This document shows, one piece after another, positions 38,301 through 53,300 of a stretch of DNA of 64,000 bases. Where the stretch lies: the NCBI RefSeq assembly GCF_001949145.1, contig NW_019091361.1:3373854-3437853 (forward strand). Reading direction: 5' to 3'. Below the pieces are notes generated by a model that saw only the letters and a program-made list of their open reading frames with translations, made no database searches and was not told the origin of the DNA. A program made the position numbers and the translations under genes. This DNA comes from Acanthaster planci. Lineage: Eukaryota. How positions within the stretch are numbered: position 1 is the stretch's first letter; each line of letters opens with the position of its first letter.

Positions 38301-41300
38301 AATCCTAGTAAATAATAGAAACACTGGAGATTGAAGCAATAAATGATACAGTTCCTTATGAACAACCCCTTTTGATGAATGGAATAGGCTCACAGGCCGT
38401 TTTATGCACATCATGTGCAGACCCCTTCCGTCCCCCCCTGAATTGCGTATTTTTCAGCTCCTTATTTACGTTTCCGTGGTATGATGTTTTGATAAATATG
38501 GCCCATGTGGCTCGAGAATTTTGTTTTCAAGAATTTAAAAAGTCAGCTTGGAGAGCATGCAGAGAAGAGTTGCTCTTAATCAGTTATGTACTGTTACTGA
38601 TGGGCATTAAACACTTGGGGTCAGATATGTTTTTGTCTGAAGTGAAGGAACAGTTCCAGTTGGCTAGAGTTAACAATGTCAAGTTGTATCCATGGTGTCA
38701 AAAATACACCTTACAGGTAACATATTGCTTTTACTATGTGTATCTATCTAGGGAGACAAATCTCAAGGTGCGCCAAGCGTTGCCTGAGACAGCCTTGTTG
38801 GGTGAAGATCTAGACAGATTCAAAAATTTCAAAGGTAAGCAGAAACCAAGTAACAAAAGAAATAATCCACATTCTTGCAAGATTTATTCTAGTGACCAGT
38901 AATACTTCTGGATAGAGCCTGAAATGATACGGAAAATGAGCAAAAGAAGTAAATACAAAAATGAGTTCTCCTGTCCCATCATAAACTTTTAATAATTTCA
39001 CTAACAGAACCATACTTGCATACAGGTAAAGATCTTAATTTGAAGAACTTTTAAAAGCTGTTTTCAACCAGAAGCATCTCGATTTGACAGAACATACATC
39101 ATGCTTACATTTTGTCTACAGCGGAAGTGAAATGCGAACCGCCCAACAACAAGCTGGATCGCTTTGAGGGGACGCTGACATGGGAAGGCGACAGCTTCCC
39201 GCTGTCTAACGACCAGATCCTGCTGCGAGGCTGCCGACTGCGCAACACAAAGTGGTGCTACGGCATCGTCATCTTCGCCGGCCGCGACACCAAACTGATG
39301 CAGAACAGTGGCAAGTCTAAGTTCAAGAGGACCAGCATCGACCGCATGGTCAACAAGCTGGTGCTGGTGGTGAGTAGAGCAGCTGACAAGACCAGTGACA
39401 AGACCATACCAGTCCTTGTATAGGTCCCGTCACAAGACCAGTAACAAGACCATAAAAGTCCTCTTATGAGTCCAGTCACAAGACCAGTCACAGGTCCCCA
39501 CACAAGTCCTTTCACTCACCGAGTTACAGTTAGTTGTCAAGATAAACAGTGACGAAGGAATATTTTGCCACAGTTCATTTCAACAGCTTTTGAGTTGACT
39601 TGAAACTTGATATGAGTGTACAACAGTGAAATGTTGCAGAAGTGATGGCTTTTTCTTCCAGTTAAACAGTTTGGTCCTCGCCGGCCTTGGCCGTCTTTCT
39701 TGGTAGTTTTCTTTTCAAGACAAATTGCTGTTGTCAAATGGGGTTTTTAACCTGTCCAAATCTCTGAGTCCTGACCCTTGGGTGGAGTTTGGAGTGGAGT
39801 TCTTGACACAGGATTCTTATTCTTGCACTCGAATGGTGGGAACACGACCCAAGAACACTGTTCTCGGAACACAATCACACACCACCTCCTCGTGGGGGTT
39901 GCACAGGAATGTGCGGAAAAACTAGTGAGATTTGATTTTTGAACAGCCGCAAAAACTGGCGAGATGGCTTACAAAGCCAGAGACAATGGAAAGTTTTGCC
40001 AAATTAACATTGATAATTTTCCATAACACAGAAATGAATATTTCTTTTTAAATGGAAAAGAGTTTATCCCAGTTATCCAAACATTATCTCTAGAAGAATG
40101 TACATGGTCTCCGCCGTTGCATGTTGCTTGCCACTGACTCTGATCGATGACCGGTTGTACGTTCCTGGCAATCGAGCAGCCGACCCTTGCACAACAAATC
40201 GAATCTGTTGATGAACGACGAGAACAAGCCGCCCGAACTCAGCCTTGGTTTCTTGGGCTTTATTTTGTTTGACAGATTTTCTTGATTCTGTTTGTGTTGT
40301 GTCTCATCTGTTCCATCGCTTGCTCTGTCTGGGAAGCCAACTATGGCGATGTATTTCAGGTATGTTTTATAAATGTCGCACCCTGCAAGTATTTTTTAAC
40401 ATCTCAGTTGAATTAAATTCCATCCCATGAAAATCTGGAATATCGCAGCATACGTATGGGTAATTCTAGAAATTAGAGGTCCAAAAGTGTGACATTTTTG
40501 TGTCCCTGTTACATCTGCCCTTTGTTTTTTGACATGGAAATATCACCGGAATTGATTTAAACTATAACAATTTGTTTGGCTAGCAATTTGCATTAATTCA
40601 TCTCTCTTGGAAATTAGAAAATGTTCTGAACTTACAAAATCACATGTCAGACACAAAAAAAACATGGACCCCTAATTTCTGGAATTACCCATATTGCTTG
40701 TTGTGAGACAGTGTGTTTGTGACATGGAAATTCAGTAATGAGGCTTTGGGTTCAACTTGCAGATTTTGCCAGAGCGTGAGATGAGCCCAACAAATTCAGT
40801 AATGAGGCTTTGGGTTCAACTTGCAGATTTTGCCAGAGCCTGAGATGAGCCTGTGACTTCTGGATTATCAGTTGCTATTTAATGAGCCAGGGTTTCCCCC
40901 GGGGGTGGGGGGGAGAGTGAGCATTAGGTGGTGAAAACAAATTATGATACAATCAAAGTACCTGCATCGATGGCACTTATTGCTGACCATGGTAGCAGGC
41001 CTTCTCATAGTACACAGTACATTGTACATTTACAAATGTACTCTTAATCTGCTCCATCTTAGATAAACTACTCTTGCATTCCGTATCCTTCTTTGCCAGT
41101 GAGAACAATCTGAAACAGGAATAATTTTGCCCAAAGTTTTTGGATTTTATTTTTTGAAGGTTTTTTTGCTTTTCCACATTTTTTTTAGTGTGAGGTGGCA
41201 ATATTGGACCCAAAAAAGCTGAAGTGGTCACTACAATGAGTGGGGTGGGCCACCTTATGTTTGGAAGGGCAGGGGAACCTAGCAAAGAGCCATGTAGCTC

Positions 41301-44300
41301 TATTTTTAGGGTATAAGCTCTATTCTTGCAGTTGGTTAGATTGGTTATTAGAACTGGAATACAGAACTTTTCCAAGCAGAATGTACTCAGTGAATCAGGT
41401 TGTCAGTCAAAGTGAGATTTGTATTGCATTAGATTTGCTTTTGGCTGATTTTGTTGCGGAGTGAAATATTTACTGCACAGTGTTTTGTAAGACAGTGCTG
41501 TGGTGTTCCCAGGGTTGTCACCTGGCCAAACTTAGTGTCGGGTAACATTTTAGCAAAGCGCAGTGAGAGGAGCTCTCGTAGGTTACGGCCTGGGGTTTAG
41601 GGGCCCCTTCTAGGGCTCCTAGTGTGCTCCAGGGGCAATGCCTCAGTGGGGGTAGAGGAGGCGGAGCCCCCCTAAAGTTCCAAGATTCTGGGGTTTTCAG
41701 GGGGGAAAATCAGGTTTTTGAGGAATGTTGCAAATCGTAATTTGTGTTTGTAAAATTTGGAATTATTCTTGTCACATCCTGAGCTTGAATTTGATTTTTA
41801 CGATCAAGATTAGCTTCAACAGGTTCAGCTTCAGAGGCCATAGTGAGGGTAGCATCCCTGTCGTCATTATCCTCTCGTAATTGCTGCTTCCGAGAAATTT
41901 GTTTTCGAAGAAAAATTCCAACTTTTTTGCGCCTTAATTCTAGATTTCTTAATCTTTGTATGCTGTCTAGCTGTCAAAACACTGTGCTCTCAAAAACAAA
42001 AGGTGTTTCATGACCTTTCACCGGGCGAAGGCAGGTTCAATTATGAACAACATTTTGACAGTCGGTGCTAAAACATGACTGAGCACGCGCACGCATAATA
42101 TGACTACCATCGTTTTCCTCATACACAGACATCAATGTGAATTGTGTACCATGCATACAAGGTCCGAGAAAGCAAAAATCAGCTGATACTAAGCGTAAAA
42201 TCTGCGTAAAAACCTACTCCTGCTGGAATGCGACTACACAATAAATATTTATTTGTGCGGTGGGGCTGTCAATGCTTGAAGTATCGGTGCACTCTGGAGC
42301 TGAGCTGTTGTGTATGTGCATATCTGTACATGTACACACATCACATGCATCGTGCATGTGTACGTATGTGTGTAGTTCAGGGCATACTGCAAGTGAAGCT
42401 GGTCTCACGTGTTGGGATATGGGGTTATATGGCCATCGTTGTGCATTTGTCATGTTTGTGCGTAATTTTAAGCTTACTTTGGTGTTTTTGCAGTTTAAAA
42501 CAAGGAATTTGACACAGTAATATCTTAAAAATTGCTAAAGATGGGAACATGCGTGTACATGAGACATTTTTAGATATTTTAGAAATTTTACCAACTCGGG
42601 GAATGAAATATGTGCCGGGCGGTCAGGCTCAAAATTGCCCCAAGTGCCGGGTGGAGATTATGAGAGCTGGGCAGCGCAGCCCGCCGCCGCCTGGTGTACC
42701 TCCAACCTTTGATGTTCCCTCTATATTATCTTACTGTTTTTGTTTCCTTAGGCGTACCTTCCTTGGGAATATGATAGTCCAGCAATTATTGCAACGCTGG
42801 TGTTCTTTTCCTATGTCATTGTGCTGAATACACTGGTTCCCATCTCACTATATGTCACGTAAGTCTTTATTGAAAGGCCATTATTATAGAATTAGTTGTA
42901 ATGCAAGGTACCAGCTCTTGTGTGGGTTCACAAATTTGGGGAGGTTAGAAATGTTGTCTACCTGCATGTTTTACCATGATCATTGTCTTAGAATCATTGT
43001 AAATTTTTTTTCTCAATATTTTCAACGGTTATGAAGCTAAGATGCGAATTACATGTGTACATGTATATTATTGGATCATTTGTAATATCACAGACTTAAA
43101 CTGTTTCATTAAATGTTTGTATGTCCTCCCTTAACAGATGAAACCAGAATGTAATTATTCAGGACGTATTTGACCTTTTGACCTTTCTCTGTTCTCCCTC
43201 CTGCTATCCAGCGTGGAGTTGATTCGCATGTTTCAGAGTCTGTGGATTTCCTGGGACAAGGCTATGTACTATGCACCCAAGGACACGCCGGCAAAGGCAA
43301 GGTCCACCAATCTAAATGAGGAGCTGGGTCAAATACAGTACGTGTTCTCAGACAAGACTGGTACCCTGACTCAGGTAGGCAGCCCCAGTGATCATGTTGT
43401 GTTTGTGTTTTAAGTAAGATCGAAGTTTGCATTGTTTAGCACTGTAGTAAATTACGGTTCAGTTTGTTGTGTTAGGACGGATATGAAGCTCCTCAAAAAA
43501 AGTGCAATTTTTCGATTGCTCTGTGGTTTTTACCCGCTTACAAACCACAGAACATCATGACCTTCAACAAGGCGTCCATTGCTGGCAGGAAGTTTGGAGA
43601 GCTGAAGGATGAAAATGGTGACGTGATAGAGATCACTGACGTGAGTTACCTATCATTTTATGGAACTTCATTTGGGGCATTTTACATGGTCATACTTACA
43701 TGATGTAGCTGTATTCACTAGCTTGCCTGTGAATTATAAATGGCCTGTGATTTTAGTACCCTGTGCATTTTGTATTGTTTAATTAATTAAAGTTAATTAC
43801 TTCAAGTAAAACGTACCCAACTCCCTACCCTTAGCTGACCTTTGACCACCACCACATAACCCCTGACTTCTTCTTATTATTCCATTTATTATATGTACAT
43901 AACCTCTCTGGCTGTAAGTTAACCTTTATAGCCTTCCATCCCCCTGCAGCAAACCCCCTTGGTTGATTTTTCCAAGAACAACATGTACGAGCCCAGCTTC
44001 AAGTTCTACGACAAGAGTCTTCCGAATGCCATCGATAAAGGGGACCGGCACTGCTGGCTCTTCTTCCGCCTCTTGTCCCTGTGCCACACTGTCATGCCGG
44101 AGATCATTGAGGGTAAGACCATCTTGCACCGTGGAACCCGGAATTGGAACGCATCTCATTTCTGAATTTTTTATCCATTTTCCAGAGCTGCTAACATTTT
44201 GCAAAATGTTTGAGTTCACCTCCACGTCTTTTATCCCATGTAAATTCATTCACTTGAGGGAGATTTGAATATATTTACATGTGTTGGTGAAGAATGTTGC

Positions 44301-47300
44301 ATTGAATGATATTTGATAGAGCAGCAAAAGGTAAGAAACATCTAGGGGAACTCTTGTAGTCTTATGACTTCTCAAATTTAATTGGAGTGTAGTTATATGA
44401 AAGCTGAATCTTTGTGATATTAAACAAAATTCTCATGATGGTCTCACATAGTTTCTCTAGCCTAAGAATTGAAAGGGGCAGATTATTTTACCTATTTCAA
44501 ATCCTGGGCTTTGCTGTTTCGGATTTGGGTAAAAGTGTGAGATGGAAGCATCGTAGACATTGCATTTATTGATGGCCCTGCAGGCAAGCTGCAGTACCAG
44601 GCCCAGTCTCCCGACGAAGCTGCTCTGGTATCTGCTGCAAGAAACTTTGGATTTGTCTTCAAGGTAATAATTATTGCTGGATTTTTAAAAAGAATTTATT
44701 ACGTCAACTGCAAAGTGGAGATATCTGAAAACTGGTTGTATGGAAATAACGAACCACCATGAAAACAAATTATTGGAGAGCTCATATGTATTTGGCATTG
44801 CGTTTGTAAAAGTGAGTCACAAATGCACCAGATCTCTCGAAACGAGCCCTAGGACCATGTTGCCATTTATTTTGTTTTAGGAAGAGTAAACTTAGCTTTT
44901 TGATCTGATGTATTAAATGGACATTAGACAAGTGAAAAAAAAATGTAGATTTGCATCATTCAAGATTTTTTAAAGGCCTTTTTACTTGAAAGAGGCTTTG
45001 GCTCTGGTGATTCATTTTAGTTAGTTGGATCACAATTAGTCAGAATCAATTTATGCTGCCCGTGTCAAGTGGTAAGTCAGATCTCTTTACCGTAGCTCTA
45101 TTGTGTGGCCTGGTAGGCCAAGTTTACCTAAAGTCACAAGTTAGAAAACTCACTCTCTGTAGCACTATTGTTTTTTTTTTAATCAACAGTCGAGGACACC
45201 CACCACCATCACGCTTGAGGTACAAGGCGAGGTGGACAAGTACGAGCTGCTGCACATTCTGGACTTCAACAATGTCCGGAAGCGAATGTCGGTGGTGGTC
45301 CGGCAGGGTCGCAAGATCCGCCTTTACTGCAAAGGGGCGGATAACGTCATCCTGGCACGGCTTGGAGAGGGCAACGAGCAGCTGGTGGACATCACCAACC
45401 AGCACTTGCGGGTGAGCAAAGAAGTCATTTTCAATAGTATAGCTGTGAAAAGCCATTGTTTTTGTTCGGATTTTTCTCTTGTACTTCGTTTTCCTCTTCT
45501 ACCCAGCCAGTGTATGTATGAAGTAATAGTTTTTGTCCCGCATGCATCTTGCCTTGATTTACACAGACCTTTGTATTTTTACTTCTCATTATAGGAAGTG
45601 ATACAGTTTAGTATTATTATCAGTTTAAGCTTTAGTTTTGGTTTTATATGTACTGTTTTTCTCTCGAGCGTGTAACCATGTTGGGACAAACTGTTTTGGC
45701 CTCATCAGTTCCTATTCAAGTGCACAATAATGTTGACCAAAGAGTACATGTAGTTTTAGACCATTCCTTCCCACAGAGAATCATTTCATGCATTAATCAT
45801 TGGGACTTGGGCTTTTAATGTCCTCTAACACTGCAGGACTTTGCTGGGGAAGGTCTGAGGACACTCTGCCTGGCCATGAAAGATGTCGACGAAGCGTACT
45901 ACCAGGAATGGAAGAGAAAGCATCATGCTGCTGCGTGAGTACAAGCAATAGAGTACAGCCAATGATTTTCCGTTTCCGTTTTGCAAAATCCTGAATTTCG
46001 CTTCAGAAATCGAATTCCGTTTCATACCTTAGTAAGCATAAAAAGGAGATCAAGTTACAAACTGTGCATGCAAACCGTTTGCTCAACCTTACTCCCCTTC
46101 CCAAAAAAGAAAAGAAACAAATACCCTGTTTGGAAATACTCTGCAATATTATCAACATTTTTTACCAATTTTCTGTGTTGAAACTTAAAAGAAAATCTAC
46201 TCAATAATTACACCCCATCCCCTCGATTTCTCACCAGCAAGATCATCATAAACTTACTACAGTTAATCAACGGACAATTCATATATCACTCCTCGTGTGC
46301 AAAATCAAATTACATTTAATACATGTATGGTGCAGTCATAGAGTAGGTCCTGCATTCAACAGCAGTTGGACAATAAACCGCCATTTTTATTTGACAGTGG
46401 TGTGTCAAAATTCGGAAAGTTAACATCCAATCTGGGCCTTAAAATGCATGTTCGTGAATGAAACCTTTGCTCTTCATCGAATACTTCCAAGGGCCTATTC
46501 AACGATGGTACACCAAGTTCACTAGGTTTCATTTAATTCAAGAAAAATGTAATTTGTCTTCCATTTTGCTGCCATGGTTTGATCGTTTGATCGCAGTACT
46601 AGCCTCGTCTCAAGGCATTTATGCCCACTCACAGACTGAATTCCCCATGTACATGTATGTGCAATAAGCATACGTGTGAGTATGAACCTGTTTGCGCCTT
46701 GATTTCATTGCTAGTGTGGTGCACATGTGAGCGGCTGTGTGCACCGCACCACTGCTGACCATGCTGTGCCGCCCACCGCATCACGTGTGGGGCTCACGCA
46801 CGCTATAGCGTGTTCATGTACGTACACATGTATTTCAAGTATTGGCATTGGCCGACCTAGCCATAATTATGCTGGAGGGATGCAATTTAGCATGTTTCCA
46901 GCGTAAGTCGTTCATTTAATACAAGCATTTTATAAGAGTCGGGTAGGCCTTTATTTTTAGTACTGTGTGGAAAATTTTCTTTACTTTTTAAGCCGTGCTT
47001 ACTGGGGAATTTTGCAAATTCCGTTTCAAGCAGTGGATTCCATTTCAAAGTCTTGATTCTGCAAATTCCATCCGTTTTCTGCCACCGCGGAATATCATTG
47101 GCTCTAATAGAGTTGTTGAAGTGCGTGACTTGCCGTTAGATAGTCAAGAGATTCACATACCGACATTTAGGAAATTTAACTCCTGTGGAATGCACAGCTG
47201 GACAAAACATCTTATTTTCTGGCAGTGTGCAGGTGACCATAGAAACTGCTTTTAAGGACCCAGAAGAATGAGTACTTTTTTTGGTTTGTTTTTAAATTGT

Positions 47301-50300
47301 TATAGTCCTTTTTCAATTCTGTCAAAGATGAAATCACTGCATAGTCCTAATTTTTCAACTAATGGCCAGTTCAAGGATTGATTTGGAACAAATCGTCACA
47401 CTAGTCATCCGGTTGACTACTGCTCCTGAATATGCATGCAGTATCCTTGTGGTGCCTTATTGGTGAGCTTGTTTCTCATACATATTCATGCTGTGCCGTT
47501 TGCAGCACCTCATTGGATGACCGCGAAGCCAAGTTAGATGAACTGTATGAGGAAATAGAGACCAACTTGACCTTGTTGGGAGCCACGGCCATTGAAGACA
47601 AGCTGCAAGACGGAGTGCCCACTGCCATTGAGAACCTCCATAAGGTGAAGAAAGGCCAACCTTTAACTGCACCTACAGCTTAGAGACATTTGACGTTTGA
47701 TAGAGGGCTCAAGGAGGGAGGCCTTGCAGTGGTTTTATGCCAGTCTCTAAAATTGTCAAGTTTCTTAATTGACAGTGAAATAGCTGCTTCTAAACATGGC
47801 AAGAAGTAATGTGGATATTATCAAATAGAGACAAGCATGCAACTTTTCCTGGGATCAGCTGATTTCCTCGTTTTTCACTTCACACTCATGCCATTAAAAA
47901 TTGAAAAACACTGTGAGAGTGTTGTGAAGATCAGAATTTCCTCGTTTTTTCAAAATCCAAGTTGCATGCCTGTCTAAAAGAAATGAAACCGGAAAGATGC
48001 TCTATTATTTTCAGTCAGTACAGAGGCATATTTGCCATTTTCTCTATTTTTCTCTATTTTTGTAGGTTCTTTGTGAACATCATTAAAAAGTGTACCACAG
48101 TTTCAAACCTGAGACTAGATGGACAATGCAGGTTTATTTACAAATGTACTCATCATGATGAAAAACATGCCCCCACTTTGATATCTCCATAGTTTCACTA
48201 AACAGTAGGCAGCAGCACACAGTGCTTTCAACAAATATGATTTTTCAAAAAATTAGTTTTGAGGGAATTTCATCTGGTCTTTGTTTTGGTCTTTTGTTCA
48301 GGCTAACATCAAGTTGTGGGTGCTGACAGGCGACAAGCAAGAGACGGCCATCAACATCGGCTATTCCTGCAAGCTGCTGACCGATGAAATGAATGAAATG
48401 TTCATTGTCAACGCCACCGAGAAAGACTTGGCCGAGCAAGAGGTGAAAAGTAAACCACTAGGAAGAGATTGAAACTTGTAATGCAGTGTCTCACAGTGTC
48501 TTACCGTCTCGCAGCCCTTCCCCAGTATTTTCCTTAAGATCAGAGCTCATCAGCTGAGACACATGCTACAAATTAAGTTGAAATTGGAGGATACAGGGAC
48601 TGTTAGGGTTAATAGGTAGGGAAGACTTCTTTCAATAGCCTGATCATACATGATGAACCAGGTCAGTATTTCAACAACATATGCTCAAAATAAAGCATGT
48701 CGTAGAGCATTTAAGAACACTAAAAAGGCAGTCTTGATACTTGAGGGATGAAGGAAAATGTTGTGCAAATGGAAAGAACTGGATAAATGCCGACCTTCCT
48801 GTTGTCTTGATGTAACCACAGAATGAGAGTTCATGAACATATGCTCCTACTCACCCATAGGCTGTATCCTGCCCATCGCTCTCGTGTGTGTCACCAGTGT
48901 TAGCATGAGTAACACACTCAAACATGGCCATCAATACTCACATGAGGTTGGACCTATCAGAGGGGGATCATATGCCGAGCCATGCACTGACCACTTTCAG
49001 ACTGGAATGATGTCATGTGCTTTGTTCTTGAATGACCTTGCTCTTTAATATCCATTACCGGACTGGCTCAATTGAAGGCATTTCTGCTTGAAGCCCTCCT
49101 GATTCCTCAAACACCACCATACAAACAGAACATTCTTGCACTTTAAAATTCAAGGGTGCTATGCAGAGTACGATCAGTTGGTCTTTACCTTTCTCAACCC
49201 TTTAGAGATATCCAAACCTCCTGATAGATTTTGACAGCTTTGGGAGAATTAGAGTAATTGTAAACTTAATCCATGGGGTTTTAAATTTTTTTTATGAACT
49301 TAGAGCGGAAGTGTTGCTCTTTCATGTCAAGATGCTTTCATTTTCTGTACCTGTAGATTAAGAATTGCCTGGAGAAGATCCGAGATGTGATGGGTATCAA
49401 GGACAAGCAGGAACTCCAGGATGCCGCTGGGGACGGGGATGACATATCCTACCACAGCAAAGACGAGGATGAACTGAACGACGTCTACAGCTTTGCCTTA
49501 GTCATCACCGGAGCTGCCCTGGTACGGTTTGAACCAGCGACATCAGAATTTGTAGCGCTTGGCTTTTCACTAGGACAATTCCTCTCATAATTACTGGATT
49601 TGAGGAGAGTCCTGTTTTTTTAAGGTTTGCAGGGCAGTGAGCACCCTACACAAATGTTTGCATGCGATCTGGCGCCCTGGCCATATTTGTCAAATCCCAG
49701 TTATGTAAACCCCCTTTTTCAGATCTGGTTGGCTTTTAAAGCACTTGTTGTTTTTTGATTTGTTGATCTTCACTTGCTTTATATTTTGTAATGATCACCC
49801 CTGACATTTTAGTGAGCATTTTCAAGAAAACTCCCAAGCCCTGTGTGGCCCCAGTTTCAGAACAAAAATACTGCAGAACTAAGCGTTCAATGTTCACAAA
49901 CTAGACTAGTTAGGTTTGAAGTTCAAAGTCTTGTCTATTCATCCCCAAGATCCTTAGTTACAACCATTGAAGTCAGTAGATTTTTAGAATTATATGGCTG
50001 TACACTTCAACTTGTACTTATCTTTGTATCTCTCGGCTTGTGTTATTAAAAAAACCTCTAGAATGCTTCCCCCATTAAGGCATCAACTGAGGATATTCAG
50101 CTTAGCATTGAAAAATTCACACGCTGGTTGTCGTGTAATAATGTGGACAGTGCTGTTAAACATGACGCTGTCAATTTCTTGTCATTAAGCTAAGTTCTTC
50201 CACAGATTGTTGCTAATTCATTTTACCTGCACTTATGGACTAAATGTGAAGCTTTCTTCTGTTCTATACACTTTTCAAGCATACTGTTTAAAATTTGGCT

Positions 50301-53300
50301 CAGCGAATTATCCTGTCTTAACTCTTTTCTCTCCATCTTTAAAAAAGAAGTTAGGATTATCCAAATTGTTTTTAGATCTAGTGTTAAGATTTGAAGGTTT
50401 TCATGGTGAAAGAACTACATGAGTAAAACGATTGCAGTTACGCCATGGATCAACCATGGTTAACCACACATACTCAAGAAAGAGACTGGTCCATGGTGTA
50501 ACCGCAATCGTTTTACTCAGATAGATCTAGTGTGGTGCTTTGGAACCCTACAAAGAAAACAATTGCAGTGATCTTTAGGAACCTTTGAGTTTCGTGTTGG
50601 GCCTGTTCTTCAGCATCTTTCGCTTTAGAGGCAATCTGCAGTCCATATTTTTCTACTCCCCTCTAAGGCATTTGCGCTGGGCAGCAAAGATATTGAACAG
50701 GTATTCCTTGAGGCTGCCTGCTACTGCAAGACGGTCATCTGCTGCCGCGTCACTCCGTTGCAGAAGGCCCAGGTGGTTGACTTGGTCAAGCGGTACAAGA
50801 AGGCAGTCACACTGGCCATTGGAGATGGAGCCAATGACGTCAGTATGATCAAAAGTAAGCCCCACAGCGTCTCTGTATTTGTGTTGGAAACCTTGCCGAA
50901 TGTTGTTTGAAAAAAAAAAAAAGAAATCTGTCGTTGGAAACCAATGTCATATTCTGCAAACCTCACTCCCTCAAGATATAAATACCATCAAGACAACAAT
51001 TTAAAAATTAGAAAAAAAAATTGTGGACCTGACCTTTCGTAGTCCATCAGAATTATCCCAAACCACCAAGTTGTTTTTTCTCTCAGGTTTTGGGAGTATA
51101 GAGTACCAAAGTGAATACGTCATGGGCAAAATTAGTGGGTAAAAGGCATAAGCGCGAGAACTAGCGTGTGAACCAACATGCGCACGTACTCCATTCGTTT
51201 GCACTGCACTTTCTGGTTCACAGCGACGTCACACTCCGGTACTCCATAGGGGTAATTAATTTTTGTGGAATCGGATGTGCAGCCTTTGATAGGTATTTCT
51301 TGTAGCGGGAAGTAGATTTTATGCATGCTGTGGTGGACAGGCAGCTGTGTGCCATTTCCAGTTGAAATGAATCAGGAAACAGTTACTTGATGTGGGATCA
51401 GGTTTTGAAATCAAGTTTGAAGTTTGAATGTCTGTTGAATTCAATGTCTTTTAATGATTGTTGTATTCTTATCTTTGACATGCCCTTCTGTTATTTATTT
51501 TGATTTTGTTTTATATGTATATCTGTTTTCCTTCCAGCTGCACACATCGGAGTTGGCATCAGCGGCCAGGAAGGGATGCAAGCTGTGCTTTCCAGTGACT
51601 TCAGCTTTGCTCAGTTCAGATATCCATTTTCTCATGAATTCTTATGAGCTGTTTGCTTGTCTGTGCATGTATGTGTTGGTCTTTTGCTACGAGACATTTG
51701 CCTAATAACCCTGGTGTCTGATACACTGTGGTTTACTTTGGGGGATGAAACTTTAATTCTTTTTCAAGTGCCATGGCACTGTACCCTTTGTAGCCTGAAG
51801 AAGCCAAGATGGAAAATGCAAACAAGAAATTTTCAGTTTTAGAAGTGGAAGAAAAACTTAAGAACGATTTCCAGGGAAAGAAAAAAACGTAAAGCCAAGC
51901 GGCAACTGGAAACCTAGTCCACAGGTTGGCCTGTGCAAATATGCTTTGCTTGGGCATTTGCCCAAGGGATTTGTTTTTCAAGCGCTGGGCTTCTTGAAAG
52001 GCATTACTTTGAAATCAGCGATGAAGTATTGGGATGAGTAAGTTTTCTCTTGATATGAAGATTGACTCCTTAACGACCACGCACGTACCTGGAGCGGCTG
52101 CTTTTGGTACATGGCCGCTGGTCCTACTACCGAATGAGCAAGTTCCTCTCCTACTTCTTCTACAAGAACTTTGCCCAGACGGTGGGCCACTTCTGGTTTG
52201 CCTTCTTCTGCGGGTTTTCTGCCATGGTGAGTCTGCGTCAGATTTCATTGCATGAAACGGGGATCTCCGGGCTTTGAGAGGAGAATCGATCCGTTGGCCT
52301 CTCTTGCTGCATTTTCAGAGTTGATGTCTTCTGACAAATCTGCATCCAAGTGTGCAGATAGAGTTGGAAGGGGCTTTGAGGGGACAACTGTTTGTGGCTG
52401 AGGATTTTTTTAAAGACCTAATATTTCAAAAATTTGGGAATTTTTTTCCTCAATTCCAGAACTGTTTTAATCCTAACCCCCTACCCCGATAGTGTTGCCA
52501 TCCACTGACCCCAATGACCTCCAGCAGCTATAATGTGTGAATCATGCCGAGACCCAGCGTACAAGAGCAAGAGCAGTTGGACCCTTTTGGGTTTGGTGTG
52601 GTTCGGGTCGAAATTGACACAACTTGAAAAAATCCAGTGAAATGTTGTCTCTTTGTTCCGGAGGGCAGTGAGCAGGAACGTGTACGTGAAAGCCACGATC
52701 AAGTGTTTTTTACCCCATGTCTCTTGTTCTTCTTGCAGACTCTATATGATGAATGGTACATCAGTGCGTACAACATCATCTTCACCTCATTGCCTGTGAT
52801 AGCCCTGGGCATATTTGACCAGGTATAGTGCAACCATACTAAACATTTCTCTGACACCGATCCATTACCTCGCCCTCCGCATCCTTTAACTCCAAAGGAA
52901 AATTTGGATAAGTTGAAAGTGTCTTCTTGGCCGATTTGTCTCTCAGGATGTCAGCGACAAGAAGAGCATCGAATACCCGGAGCTGTACAAGCCAGGACAG
53001 AAGAGCCTGTTCTTCAACTACGTGGTCTTCGCCAAGAGTCTGCTGCAGGGCACCGTCACCTCGCTGGTCCTCTTCTTCATCACCTACGGTAATTGAAAGA
53101 ACGCCCCCACGCCCAAGCCGTCAGACCCCCTCTCTCTCTGACTCCACTTTGACGGTATCGTTGGGGATTCAGGTTGTCATTGTGGTTCGTTCCTTGTCTT
53201 TCGTCCTGCAGCTCGGCTTTGAATCTGGTGCAGTCCACGTGAGCGTTGGGTTTCAGCCCCTACCTAATGCTGTGGGTTTTAGCCCGAATATTCTTCAGAG

